NCBI GenBank assembly: GCA_051453625.1
Contig: JBOZIK010000001.1
Location: 2,432,622-2,496,621 of the forward strand
DNA: 64,000 nt
Reading direction: 5' to 3'
Source: Welwitschia mirabilis
Lineage: Eukaryota
Positions 36,901-51,164 of the stretch are shown piece by piece. The stretch's first letter is position 1. Every line of letters starts with the position of its first letter. The translations under genes were made by a program, and so were the position numbers. The notes below the pieces were generated by a model. The model searched no databases. It was not told the origin of the DNA and worked only from the letters and a program-made list of their open reading frames with translations.

Positions 36901-39440
36901 TTTTAATAGTACCATAATGCCAAGAAGTATGGTACAACATCTTGCATAGGCTAAACCAAAGATGATATGGATTCCAAAAGTAAGACTAGATCTCTTAGCT
37001 TAGATTGCACTATGCACGGTGAAGAAATATTCCGAGTATGGTGATAGTAAGTGTTTAAGATATATGGCTAGAGATGAATCTAGCTTTATCACCTTCATAG
37101 AGCAAGAGAAAGGAGTGGTCACTTTTGATACAAATATGAAGGTTTCCATTAAATATATTGAAATAATTATAGGAGGTAATCTACTTAAGGTAAAATATGT
37201 TTTTTAATAGAAGTATTAAAGCATAATATTCTCAATGTTAGTTATTTATGCGATGAAAAATTCTCTATAACTTGCATCAAATATGGTTGTGTTATTAAAG
37301 AGAATAACTCAAACAAGGTATTATTTGCTAGAATTAGAAAATATGATGTTTACATCACTACTTTATAAGATGTTTATAATAAGAAAACCAAGTTTTTATT
37401 AAGCACTGTAGGTAAAATAAAGCTGTGATACAGAAAGCTTAATCACATAAACAAGGATCACTAAAGACTTTATCTTTAAAATATATGATAAGATGACTTT
37501 TGAAGTTAGAAATTTTTGATGATTGGGTTTTCAAGGAATGCCAAAAAAAAAAAAGAAATTATCCAGAGCTCAATATGAAATACTCTCAGGAGATCTAATA
37601 GAAAATGGATTTAACAAAGAAACATANNNNNNNNNNNNNNNNNNNNNNNNNNNNNNNNNNNNNNNNTTATTAAAATAGATAGTAAATAACTTACTATTAT
37701 ATAAATCTATGCAGATGGTATCATTTTTTATGCTACTAATGAATCATTATATAAGAAGTTTACTAAGGTTATACAAGATGAATTTGAGATGGGTATCATG
37801 GGAGAAATGAGCAATTTCTTGGGGCTTTAAGTTATGCAACACAAATAAGGTACATTTATTTCTTAATATAAATATATTAAAAATCTATTAGTCAAATATG
37901 GCTTATAGGTTACAAGGCAAAAGATATTTCAATGAGCCATAGCATAAAACTAGATAAGAATGAATATGATAAGAAAGTTGATCAAAAGCTATACACAAGT
38001 ATGATTGATAGTTTATTGTATCTTACTCCTAGTAGATTTGATATCATGTTGAGTGTAAGTATGTGTACTTATTATCAAAATAATCCTAGACAATCACATC
38101 TTATAATAGTTAAAATAATATCTTACTATTTAAAATGTATTACTAATTAAAGCCTTTAGTATTTAAAGGACTCCTACCTTAATCTAGTTGAGTATTGTAA
38201 TGTATATTAGGTAGGTTACAAGAATAATAGGAGGTGGAATAAAAGAAATTACTTCTTTCTCATGCAATGCTTAGTATCTTAGATTAGTAAAAAGAAAAAT
38301 TCAATCATGCTCTTAACTACCAAGACAAAGTACATTACTGCTAAAAGCTACTATACTCAATTACTTTGGATGAAATAAATCTTAAAAATTTTTGAAATAA
38401 TCATGAAGAATATTTCCATTTATTTTAAGAACAAACATGTTATTAACATATTAAAGGTCCAATTCAACACTTAACAACCAAACATATAGACACCAAACAT
38501 AATTTTCTTAGAGATCATGTAAAAAAATGGGAATCATATTTGAATATACTAATATTAATGATCAACTCACTAATGTTTTTACCAAATCACTAAGTGGAGA
38601 TAATTTTATCATATTATGTAGTAACTTAAAGATTGGGCCTTACCTAATTAGGTAAGTCACTAGGTAATCACTCTCAAAATCTTAACTTAACATTTTAGTA
38701 CTCTATTAGTTGAGATATTAGCTAGAACATAGACTAGTATATCATGTGCATGCTACTTTATTCTTTGTTCAAGATATAATAGTCTAATCTTGAAATTAGT
38801 TGTAGAACATTTCAAAGATTCTATTTTGTAGGAAATATGTCTTTTAAGTTAAAAACAACTAAGCTAGATAAATCTTTCGGTTTGTAGATATCTTTTTCAT
38901 ATACACATTTGGAATTATAGACATCTTTCAAGGTTAGGTAATATTTTATTGATTCTATTTGTTTTTTAAAATAGATGTCTTTGGTTATGAAGAAATTTTT
39001 GTTAAAATTTCATATCAATAGACATATTTATATTCAATATACATCTACTTTATCATTTTAGATATCTTTTAAGTAGCATACTTATTTCACACAATGCATT
39101 CAAAATTAAATGGCATGTTAAAATAAGGGTTTTCAATACTTTTTATATTGGAAAAAGGACTACCATCCCTTATTTTTAGTCCTTCACTTAGTAGGTATCC
39201 CCATTAGAGTGCTTTCTATCCTAATTTTTCTCAGATATCTAAACATAAACATCTTTTCTTTGAATGAAGTATTCATATGCAACAAACAAAATACTATTTT
39301 CTTAGACATGTGCTCTTGTTCATTAGTTATTTCACATTTTCTTATCAGAGTTTAGTTATTCTAGTCTTTTAACTTACTAATGGTGAGGAGAAAACCTTTT
39401 ATGCTTTAAAAGGAAAGGTGCTTTTAATTCTAAAGAAGAT
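33950..39440 (+). mobile_element. Sirevirus(SIRE/Maximus)-like Ty1/Copia element, internally deleted, 3' LTR not seen
   Basis: The LTR ends near 35236 after TATTTATCCTCTCCTCT (cf. TATTCACCCCCCTCT of Sirevirus LTR ends). PBS TGGTATCA at 35239 (tRNA-iMet) is followed by gag-pol remnants. The start and end are approximate. Confidence 0.75.
35277..38650 (+). pseudogene. Copia gag-pol pseudogene (gag, protease, GAG-pre-integrase, RT C-terminus, RNase H)
   Basis: RTFLFDGTNYTYLKMRV (gag N-terminus; cf. RPPLFDGTNY). GDSKCLRYMARDE...VTFD (37019-37207; cf. DSGCSRHMTGD). KL*YRKLNHIN (~37420). IIIYADGIIF-like RT remnant (~37700). VDQKLYTSMIDSLLYLTPSRFDIMLSV (37932-38150). QHLTTKHIDTKHNFLRDHV (~38465-38520). 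Confidence 0.9.
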
Positions 39441-39449
39441 GCAAGACAT

Positions 39450-42400
39450 CATCAAAGTAAAGAAGTGCTAGTGGATAAATTAGGTGAAACATTAGAGTTT
39501 TCTTGCTTTCTTGCTTCTCCAATCAAAGTTTCAAGGCATCTCTAAATTCTCTTCCTTTTCCCTTTATTTTATAACTTGTAAGTTAAACAAGATTATATAA
39601 TTTTTGATTAGTCAATCCTAATCATTCTTATAAAATATTAACATTAATTTTTAACTCAATATACATCTAGTTTATGTACTAAAATAAACAAAAATTATTT
39701 TAGCAATATTGCCAAGGATAATGACATGGTAGCTACTTAGAAAAAGTATAAATTTTTACTCTTTTATAATTTTTTTTTATTAAGTTCACTTTTATTTTTT
39801 AGTGATGGATACTAGTTCCCTCTAATGATATCTAAATTGATCTGATTTTAATATTTCTTTTATGTGTTTATTTTTTATTTCTTTCTAGTGATTGATACTA
39901 TCATTTCTAGTGACACATGAACTAGTCTAGATTTGAGTTTGCTTTAGTTTTCTTTATCATGATTTAATTTAATTATAAGTTTAATAGTATTTTTATAGGT
40001 TATGATAAATAAGGTAAAAAAATAAAAATTGATCTTATATAATTTGCATTCTTTCTTTTGTCTTCTACATTTTTAATTTGGATTTTAAGTTTCTATTCTA
40101 CACATTTTTGGAAATTCACTATCATAAATATTTAAAACATTAAATTTTTTTAGTAATATTGGTTTTAAGTGCATTGCCATTTTTTATTTTTATTACATTT
40201 TTCTATAACACTTTTACCTCAAATACCCTGTGAGATTTTTACAAACTATTGTAATTTTCCTGATCTTGAAATTCTCATTGTAATTAATGTCATCACCTTT
40301 CCTCATTGATGTGACTAACTATTTTACTTGAAATACTCTTAGACTTTATACAAAAAAAATTATCTCTTTTCCTTAAATAATTTTTAATATCAGGCCTCCC
40401 TAAATCCTTAAAAAAATCATGAAAATGTAATCTTTTTATAAAATTCATATATTAGTTTTTGAAACTTGACAAGGGTTAGGAACATGATCCCTTTGGGAAA
40501 TTACATGAAGTATCTTATGAACTTTACTCTATCTATGAAAACCATGAAAATCCATATAACATACCTAATTATGTTTAACCTAAACAAATTATAAGAGATA
40601 ACATTTAGCATAAGGAAATTTTAAAGGGCTACCTTCATCAGAATTATCCTTACCCTTCATCCTCCCTTCCATATTCATTTGATTAATATCCTCTATCCTC
40701 TACATATAGATCAATCACCTTATATTGTATTTGAGAAGCCTTATTTTCCACAAGATAGTATAATCCTATGATTTCCACTACCCCTTATAAGCTTTATTCC
40801 TTATCACCATTTTTCCCCATGCAACAATAATCTTCATTCATCTCCTTTAAGATGTTAGTAAGAAAATTCATGAACACTCAATTCCAAATTAGCCATAATC
40901 ATGAAATAACTTTGAAAAAACACTTCTCTTTCCTAAGTAACAATGAGTAACATTTTCAAACCCATATCCAAATTAACCAATTAATAACTTAGACTAGTTT
41001 TTAAATCATTAGTATTCCCAACCAATAAAAGAAAGACCTTCCTATAGTCCATGAACTTAAAAATTTTGAAAACCTTGAAAGGATTAAGGATAGTATAATC
41101 AATGACACTTAATCCATATCCTTTAGGAATGAAGAAGAAATTAATGATAAAATCCATGAGAATTTTGAGTTTAAGAATGTACTAAAGACAATTGATCATT
41201 CCTAAGAAGTCTATACTTTAAAGGAATATTAAACATATTAGACGATAAGCAATCATCAGAAGATAAGCATCAATTTGAGAAAGGATATAGCTTGGAAAGT
41301 TATAAAGAATGAGTTATTAAGTAAGATCAACAAAGAGGGCATTGAATTACAAAGGATATTACTTAAGAAATCACATGAGAAGAAATCCTACAGTGAACTT
41401 AATTAGGAAAATAACATTAGCAAATAACTCCTATATGATCCATCATATGAAAAATCCTCGTCTTTTCAATGACTCCATAAATCAACCATTGTGTATTCAC
41501 CTTTATTCATTAAGTAAGACCCAAGACTTAATGAAAGAAACAAACATTTGTTAGAATTAAAAGCACAATTCAAAAACCTTAGACATGATCCCTCCAATGA
41601 AAATATACCTTATCAAATGATTTCCAATTCATTTTTTTCCTTCTTTCTAAATGATGTCTTACAAGAGTTATTGAATAAAAATAGATAAGCTAAGAAATGA
41701 ACTATTTTTTATTTCAAATGCATAAAACTTTTTACTTGTACTAATGTTCTTTCTAATTTTATAAACTCTTTCATAGAAATCTACATAGATTTTCTCCCAG
41801 TTTAGAATGGTTTGTAAAGTTTTAAATCATCCAACTTGTATTTCCACACTCTTAATCCTTCACACATATATCACCATAGAATATTTTAAGTTTTTATATT
41901 ATATTTTTATTTTTTAATAGATTCTTCATTTAGGATAGATTTTTTGAAAAAAATAAAAGTGTTAAAAACATTTATGCCTGATGGTCTTTCTTGCCTAAAA
42001 GCTCATAAGCATTACCACCTATACAATCATCACCTTAAATTCTTTCACTTAGGGAATCCAAAATTTTATCTCCTTAAGCCTCTCCATTTATCTTTCTCAT
42101 TTTCTAATAACTATACTAAGCTAATAAACCATCCACCCTACCATTTATTTATGAATTTTTTATACTTATAGACTAAGGTTAATGGACTTTAATTAAAAAT
42201 AGATAATAATTGATCTCATTATCACTTAAGTAATGATTACGATTAAGTTAAATTATGGATTTTTAAGGAAGAGAAACACTTGCTTTAAGTTTGATCATTA
42301 AAGGAATAATCACTTAAGGTCTTTATTTCAGTAAAATATGGCTAAAAAAAGTGAAATCTACCTTCATATCATGATTCTTATTTTTAATGCTTTTGATGGG

Positions 42401-44820
42401 AATAAAATTTTTCTTTATTTGGATAATGAGTTAATGGTCCCTCTTATGTGCATTCAAAGATTAATATGAGAAGAATAACAAAAAGAAAAATAATCTCTCT
42501 TCTCTAAATAAACATCTCATTAATCACTTAATTAGGTTTAGTTAACTATATCAGAGCTATGAATGCTCACTAGCAATGTAGCTCTAATGATTTAATTGTG
42601 ACATTACTAATTGCATTAGGGTTATAAATGCTAACTGGTAATGAAATACTAATTTCTTCATAAAACAACATACTTAACTCTATTGGAAGAAAATGTTATA
42701 GCATTGGATGCTTAATCTAATTAAAAGAATTAAAAGTAAGAACATATATGATTATAGAAAAGGAAAATAAAGAAAAAAAAGGAAAATTAAAGGCCTTTTG
42801 TATTTTTTTTGTCCTTTAATCTTCATACTTGAGATTCATTATAATTTCTTGAATTCTTATAAGTTACTCAGAAAAAACTAAACTTAGTTGACATTGAGAT
42901 CCACTAAAAATACAAAAACATAATAAGGGTAATTAACTTAGGTAGGTTTACTTGTTTACTTATTAATTTTATGGTTAAATCCTTTAACACATTTTTCATT
43001 TTCCATCTCCATATCCATCACTTCACTTCCATTTTCATGATAAATAATACCATAAGGTAATAACTACTTTTATAAATTAATTTTTCCCTTATAAATTATA
43101 GGAAATAATAAAATGATCATATTGCCTTAGATGGTTGTTTCCATTTTTGTATCTTAATTACATTGCTTTACATCTCTATTTTTTAATAAAAGAACTTGCA
43201 AGATTTTTTTAAGGATATGTCCTCAAAATTGTTTTAACACTTTCTATCATTAAACTTTGAGGAGAAAGTTTAATTTTGATTAGGGGTATCACATCCATTT
43301 TTACAAAATTTTTAAATTTTAATGCCTCAATTTTAGAAAATTGATCATAAATTTTTCAACAATATATCATTTTTCATACTTAAGTATTTAACCTTAAACA
43401 ATTTTTTCATGTTAATCATTTTGTTATCAATGTTTTGCTAAGAAATATAACAAAAGTCTAGTTATAGGTATGTTAACATGTAAAAATCAATATTTTGATC
43501 AAGTTAATTAACTAATTTATCTTAATACAAGGCATTAATATAATTAATTTATTATAAAAATGTCTTATATTACTTTCTTTATTAATTATGAAATTATCAT
43601 CTTCCCATGAAATTTTTAGGATATTGATCACAATTTAAAGGACGTGCTTTAAAATGATGATTATCTAGGCTAAAACATTGGTATGGTTATCTAGGTTACC
43701 TCATGATATTGATCCTTTTGAGCATATCACCTAAAGTCTCACATTTTAGACTTGTCATAAAAAATCAAGTAAATTTAATTATGGGCTTGAACATATTTTA
43801 CATTAAAATTAACTAGCATCTCTTACAACACGTAATGGTAATGACAACAACATGTAGTAGTGACATGTAATAGTGTTAAGTAGGACGACAGTGAAAATAC
43901 ATGAAAATATTAGTAATTGACAGAAGTAACAGCATCCAAAATCCAAGTGTTGTATTCATCATGATGATTTCTACCTAATGATAGATGATAAATTCCCTAC
44001 CTAATACTACATATCTTATAGCTACTCATCTAACTCTATAAGATAAAGGCTTGTAACCACCTCTCATCCCATCCTAGCCTATACAAAAGCCTTAAGACTT
44101 TATCTATAACATCCTTTATTTTACAAAGAAAAATAATCCTTGAAGCATTAATGTAACATAACATTATGAGTCTTGTCTTTGTGAAATAATCTTATTGTAA
44201 GGATAGCTTAAAGAGTCTCATCTAACTTCCTACTTATTTTCGTTATGTAATGTATCTTTTCTAATTAATATAAAGTAGATATCATTTTAATTATAATTCA
44301 TAACCAACTTTGTACTTTTCATGATTAGTGAATTTACTCTATTAAGTTCTTTTATCAACTAAGTAAACTCATTAGTTAATTGATCTAAGTGCTTTTTAAT
44401 GTGATGGATCTTGAATACACTAAGTTCTTACTTGTCATGTTTATTTTAAAGCTATGAAGAATCAAGTAGCTTTTAAATTCATCAATCCTCATATGATAAA
44501 TGAGATTATATCACTATGAACTAAGTTATTATTACTTGACAGTTTAAAGTATGTTTTAAGAAGGTACAAAACATAATTAGAGTAAAGACATGCTAGTGGA
44601 TAAATCAAGAAAAACCTTGGAGCTTGCTTTCTTTCTTTATTCTTTAATCAAATTTCTAAAACATTTCTTAATTATCTTATTTTTTATTTTATTTTATAAC
44701 TTGCAAGTTAAGTAGGAATATGTATTTTATAATTAGTCAATCCCAAATATTCCTATGGAAGAACAATACTAAGTTTTAACTCAATTTAAATTTGGTTCAC
44801 ATATAAAACAAATTAATAAT
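39450..44820 (+). mobile_element. Athila-like non-autonomous element C2 (5' LTR truncated, 3' LTR ~43625-44820)
   Basis: 39455-39695 is colinear with 44580-44820 (AGTAAAGA..TGCTAGTGGATAAAT...TTTTATAACTTG.AAGTTAA). Decayed PBS TTAGCAATATTGCCAAGGA at ~39700-39718. The internal region is homologous to C1, with no RT or integrase motif seen. Confidence 0.65.
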
Positions 44821-46049
44821 TAGCATTTGACATCCAAAACTATTTTCATAGAGTGACTTGAAATATTTGTTGTCTCCAAAAAAAGATGAATGAACTTGAT
44901 TTTATACATTATTTTAATCAAGTTCAAGCTTAATGTAATAGATAAATCTTACAAGTAATTAATGAATCTAGTTCCATTGCTTTTTTAATATTAGATAGGT
45001 TAACTAATGCCTCTCTAAACTTTGTCCATTTAAAAAGTATCTATTATATTAATTGGATAGTATTCCTATATAAACCTAAAATTAGAGAAAATCATGTTTT
45101 TCAANNNNNNNNNNNNNNNNNNNNNNNNNNNNNNNNNNNNNNNNNNNNNNNNNNNNNNNNNNNNNNNNNNNNNNNNNNNNNNNNNNNNNNNNNNNNNNNN
45201 NNNNNNNNNNNNNNNNNNNNNNNNNNNNNNNNNNNNNNNNNNNNNNNNNNNNNNNNNNNNNNNNNNNNNNNNNNNNNNNNNNNNNNNNNNNNNNNNNNNN
45301 NNNNNNNNNNNNNNNNNNNNNNNNNNNNNNNNNNNNNNNNNNNNNNNNNNNNNNNNNNNNNNNNNNNNNNNNNNNNNNNNNNNNNNNNNNNNNNNNNNNN
45401 NNNNNNNNNNNNNNNNNNNNNNNNNNNNNNNNNNNNNNNNNNNNNNNNNNNNNNNNNNNNNNNNNNNNNNNNNNNNNNNNNNNNNNNNNNNNNNNNNNNN
45501 NNNNNNNNNNNNNNNNNNNNNNNNNNNNNNNNNNNNNNNNNNNNNNNNNNNNNNNNNNNNNNNNNNNNNNNNNNNNNNNNNNNNNNNNNNNNNNNNNNNN
45601 NNNNNNNNNNNNNNNNNNNNNNNNNNNNNNNNNNNNNNNNNNNNNNNNNNNNNNNNNNNNNNNNNNNNNNNNNNNNNNNNNNNNNNNNNNNNNNNNNNNA
45701 AATCAATTCATCATCTCATAACATGGTAAGATATTTTACTTACTCCATCAATGCGTCAATAATTAAATTCATGGTGACTTATTGAAATTTTCCATTATTC
45801 TTAGTAAAGCATGGTAAACTTATGTTAATATTAGTTCTTACTTTATTATATGAATTTAAAGTATGCTAAAATGTATGACTATTATACTAGAAAAAACAAA
45901 TTCATTTCTAATATTTGTTTTTTTTAGGGCTATTTTTTATACCAATCTAAGTTTCTATTTAAGACACTTATCTAGTAGTTACTCTTAATTTTAAGCACAT
46001 TCATGATAAAATCATCCTAAACACATTCTTTCTAAACAACTTGATAGTC

Positions 46050-47450
46050 ACAACTAAAGGCTCTTAATCACATAATTTATTACATATCTATATTAAAAAA
46101 ATGAAAGTTACTTAAATATAATACAAAAAGGAGGGTAAAAAGCATCATACATTTTTACATAAATAAGTATTTTAATTAGGAACATGTGCCTCTTTTTAAG
46201 AACTATAGTAGATGCTTCTTTAAGTTAGAAATATGTAGAATAAGAGTAGAGATGAAAAATTAATTTTTTGAATAGTTCTCTTAATAGAGAGTTAGAATCA
46301 TGAACATCTATAAAGAAATAGTATTACTGAATAGGTTAACAATACCTTTTAGTTTTCTAGTATAATTATAAATAATGCCATCAGATGTTTTAGCATGCAT
46401 CATGTTAAAATATAGCATGAAAAAATTAACTTATTATATTAATTTTGTGAAATAAAGTAACATTACAAAATTTGATATTCTTAATCCTTTTTAGGCTTTA
46501 AAAGTGGTTGATAAGACTTCCAAGAGCTTAAACAATGTAATGTTAATTTCTCGAATTCTCACTTCCCTTTTAGAAGGACCTCCTCTATAAACAATTTTAT
46601 TAGCACTGCATAGTTAAATTTGGTTTATACTAATAAAAGTCCCTTATAAATTCATATTATAAATACCTATAGGTAGTGTATTTATAAGATTAATAAAAAA
46701 TAAGTAAATTTAACACTTATGAATACATTCTCAAAGTGGTGTTAAGTGTTGTTCCTCTATTACTGAATTTAAATGTGGATGCCACATGTCTAAGCTTTTA
46801 AATTTTTTTTTTCTTAAACCATATGAAAATACTTATATTCATTCATAATGTTTGAATTAATTTCTCATAAAAATGGTTATATTTATTGCTAATATACTAA
46901 TCATATTATAACATTAATCATTGATGTAGTTCTAAATAAAGTATAAAAGAAAAGTAATGAAAACGACAATTTTTAGACTTATCACTTCCCTTATCTGATG
47001 CTCTACTAGCATGTTGTTTTTATAAATTAGGCTTAAGGTGGTTTTAGAAGAACACTGTTTCTTGAAGATATATTTATTTTAAAGGATTGTGGATTCAACA
47101 AATAGAATTTTAAATGTTATATAACTTATTAATAATAATAGCCTTACTTATTTCAAGTTACAAGATTTTTTTAAGACATAATATCCATTTGATTAATAAT
47201 GATAAATCCATGTGGGATTCTCTTTAGTAGATAAATGGATCATATTTATTACCCTTTAAAGTTAAAAACTCACTTTACTTTAGTGATCTTCTTCCTTATT
47301 ATTATAATTATGGATGGAATGTGGATGATTTAGAACATATTTAGAAATATCTTTTTTAGTCAATTTGAAAATTACTAGCTTTTCTTAAAGTAAAGTACTT
47401 TCTTTGGTATCTCTTATATCATAAGCCTTTTTTAAGACTTCATTTGCTTC
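46050..47450 (-). pseudogene. Possible endogenous caulimovirid (pararetrovirus) protease-RT-RNaseH remnant
   Basis: Minus-strand pieces in pol order: FLTLKGNKYDPFIY*RESHMDL (~47270-47203; cf. CaMV protease LIIAGEIFKIPTVYQQESGIDF from memory); NIMNEYKYFHMV* (~46852-46814; cf. DNIF..Y..F..VYIDD); FNYA...QPLLKPKKD*EYQI; IYNYTRKLKGIVNLFSN and LSIKRTIQKLIFHL (RNase H-like). The region is heavily decayed and the catalytic motifs are not intact. Confidence 0.45.
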
Positions 47451-50400
47451 ATCTTAGACTTACTTCAAGAGTTTGTTCATCTTATAGCTTGGGTGAATTT
47501 TTTCAATTCTATTTAATTAGTCTTTTAAAGCTTTATAAAGTTTAATCCACATTGAAAAGAGATTTCCTTTATTGATTTGCTTAATCCACCTTCTCTTAGT
47601 CTTTTTCTATAGAAATTCATTCATTGTATTATTTTTATCAAATGTGACCACATCATTATAATCTAGTTTTTCATGAGAAGAATGCTCATATAGATTTATG
47701 TTATTGTAAAAGGCTTATATTCTTTATTTGGTGATCTTTTAAATAAGATCAAAGGCAAAGAAGATCAACTAGATGCTACCAATTATGATACATTAGTAGA
47801 ATAATCCTTTAGTTTCTTATGGAATTTTACCTTTTCATCCACACTCTAGTGTCAGAAACCACCATTATATCTTGCTTTTTATTTTGAATATTAATTTTTT
47901 ATATGTTCTAGTTTGTGATCTTGTTCAGGATTTTATTCCTAGTTATTCCTTTTAATCTTGTTAAGTTTATTTACCTTATATGCAAATTTGGCTTTATTAA
48001 TATTAATATAAAACATTTATTTTAGTGTCTAATGCTCCCTAAACAAGAGGATTATTTTTCTTAAAAAATTTATTTTACTTAATAAATTATTCATCCAAGA
48101 ACAAATATCTCATTCTATTCTTAAAAAAATTGAAATAATAACAAAATAAAAATAACTTCAAATAATTTAAAAAAACATAAAAGAAAAGAAGTCATTTTAC
48201 TTAAACATATTAGAGAGGAATTTTTACAATGGAAAAAAATTAAATAATATAATTCCTCTTTACTTAGGATTTTAGATTAGTAAGAAAAGAATCAAATCTC
48301 ACTATGTTTGGATTGAAATAGATAGATGGATTCAAATCTATTGACAAAATTTGATGTATCTATTTTGTGATAAAATTATCATTAAAGATGAGTAAGTATA
48401 TATTAAGAAATAACGTGCTAATGAAATGGAACATTGAAGCTCATAAGATAGCTAACTTATTTTAGGTTTTATTAAGAACTCTAAGTATTGTTATAGATGA
48501 AATCTTTTAATCTTATATCATGTAGATTTTTCATGTTTATTTTGTATGTAATGAAAAATATTCCACTCTCTAATATTCATTATTAACTAATAATAAATAT
48601 TTCATAATTTTTAATATAGAATAAATTTTCCCATATTTCTCAATCATTTTTTAGATGTAAATAAAATTTAATATTTAGACAAGGCTATTGGATTTCACAT
48701 GTCAAAAGGGCTAGATATGATTACTTTTTAAGGAACAAAAATAAATGTAAAATTACAATAATTATTGTAATGTTTTTATGTTAATGATAATCTTATTTTA
48801 TATATTTGTATTATATATATTTAAATATTACATTTCTTATTAATATTTAAATAATAAATTAGTAAAATAGAATGAATAGTCATCACCTTTAAATTGAAGT
48901 AGCAATATGGTAGAATACTCTAAGAAAGTAAGAAACATGTAGGTTATGTTTAGCTAAAGTCATAAAAGAATATTACATAGCCATCTCAGACAAACTAAGG
49001 AGAAAATGCTAATATGTAAAGCATCAGTGGATATTTATGAATGGTTTCAAGGGTATCCACATGGTCATTTGGATGAGAAAAAAGATGATAAAGAATCTTG
49101 AGGAAAAATAAGATAAATCATCTTAAAGAAAAAGATGATGAAGCATCTTCAAGAAAAAGATGAATAAGAATGTAATGGCCAAAGTTCATCCATCCCTAGC
49201 TCATTTTCCACTTAATCAAAACATATAAATACCCCCTTAGGCATTTATTTCTTTATCTTTTGATTGAAGGAGTGTTTTGTAATTATTAAAGCCAATTAAT
49301 AAAGTTTTATTAGACTTGTAAGAAGGGTTTCCTTAGTGTTAATCTATGTCATTAGCACTAAGGTGCTATTACTCATAAAGAATATAAGCGTACTTGTTAT
49401 TTAATTAATAATAAAGTACATGTTTTTCTTTCTATATTTAGTTCTACTTTGTTTTTCATTATGTATTTATATAATTCTTTTAACATATTGATAGTATATG
49501 TTATGGTTCTTTGAAGGTTAACTTTGGTAATAACAAGTTGGTAAATTTTGTTAATTGATTTTATTAGGATTGCATTTAATCTTATGTTGTAATTTCATTA
49601 CATTTATCTCATTTGCATCATTGCATTATCACTTGTATTTTTTATTTTATTTTGAATTTTTATATTGAAAATACCAAAAATATGTTCGTCATCTTTTCAT
49701 CTCTCTCACTCTTTCATTCATGAATAAGATCTTCTAGCTTATTTTTTCTTAAGTGTACAACATTTAGATTAATTCATCTTATATTAGAGAGAAAGAGTAT
49801 ATGTGTCTAGCCTTATGTATTAAAGATTTTAGGTTCATGATCAAATACGGAAGTTTAATTAAAGAACACATTACATGTTTCAACATTTTTGTATCATTAC
49901 TGAAGAAGAAATTAAGTCTTTAAGAAGCTAAATCTCTACATCAAAATCAAGATGAGACTACTTTTTGAATGTGTTACTTTATTTTGATGTTATTCATTAA
50001 TCTAAGTTTTAAGCCTATAGGACTTACTTGATCATTCAATTTTAGTTGTAGCATAGTTTTAATTTTTTAGTTGCTTTTTATAATTAGAATTGATAAATTG
50101 GTTTACTTCTCATACTTTAGTATGATTATTAAGACTACCACTTTAGGCCTACTTCTTATACTTTATGTGATCCTAGTAACTATCTTACTTACTATTTAAA
50201 TTAGTTTTCTTATTTTATCTTCCTCACCTATTTTTATGGGTAATGGTAAAAGAACATTATATGAAATCTTTGTGAAAAGAATAAGAGCATTCTAATGAAA
50301 AATGATGTTGAAACTAGCAATTGGGCCACTTCATATTTTTAACCTTCTTCTTTATAAATTTCATGTAGAAATAATGATGATGTGGGTTAACATTTTAGGA

Positions 50401-51164
50401 CTTCTATCTCATTTAGAAAACCATTCTGCAATTAATTTAACATACCTTAATCTCCTTCCATAGAGAAAAATGAAGAATAAATACATTCCTCTCATCCACT
50501 ATGTTCTTACAACTACTAACACAAATAAGATAACTAGTTTAGATACTTAATTAAGGATTTGAAGAAAATTTAGAAGAACACTAATGAAAATATGAAGAAT
50601 CTTATAGGCATATTTTAATAAACCATGTTAGAAAGTAAAAGACCTCAAGTTTCTCTTATGACTTAAAATAATATCAACTCCCATGAGAATGAGGAAGATG
50701 ATATGACAAAATTAGGTGATGACATGATAGAATTGGATGATGAAATTTTTGATTAATTTCCCTTATTCCATCATTTAGAAGAAAGCAAAAGTAATAACAA
50801 TAAAGTTTTAACTCATTAACTAAAAATAAATAATGGGGATGATGAGTTATTAGATGATGATGATATAAAGATATTATACTATATTCCTAATATCCACTTA
50901 ATTTTGAAAAATCAATGTGAAAGGAAATAATCAATTCTAGAGAAAAATTTAAAATCTTCCAACTAATTATGAACATATTAATTACATTTATCTTATGATA
51001 TTTTTGATTAATCTAATCATTTGAATAATGACGATATACCACAAGATGATGATCCAAATAGTTAGTAGAATTAGGATAGAAATAAAGTTATGAAGATTCA
51101 GTAAAACCTAGTAGAGGATAAACTTCTCATATTTCATAAAACAATAAAAATTAAAGAGTCTTAC

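Noticed and set aside
44821-45104. Possible Copia RT-start remnant (KKAMELDSL on -)
   Set aside because: A single short motif next to a large gap is too little to support a call.
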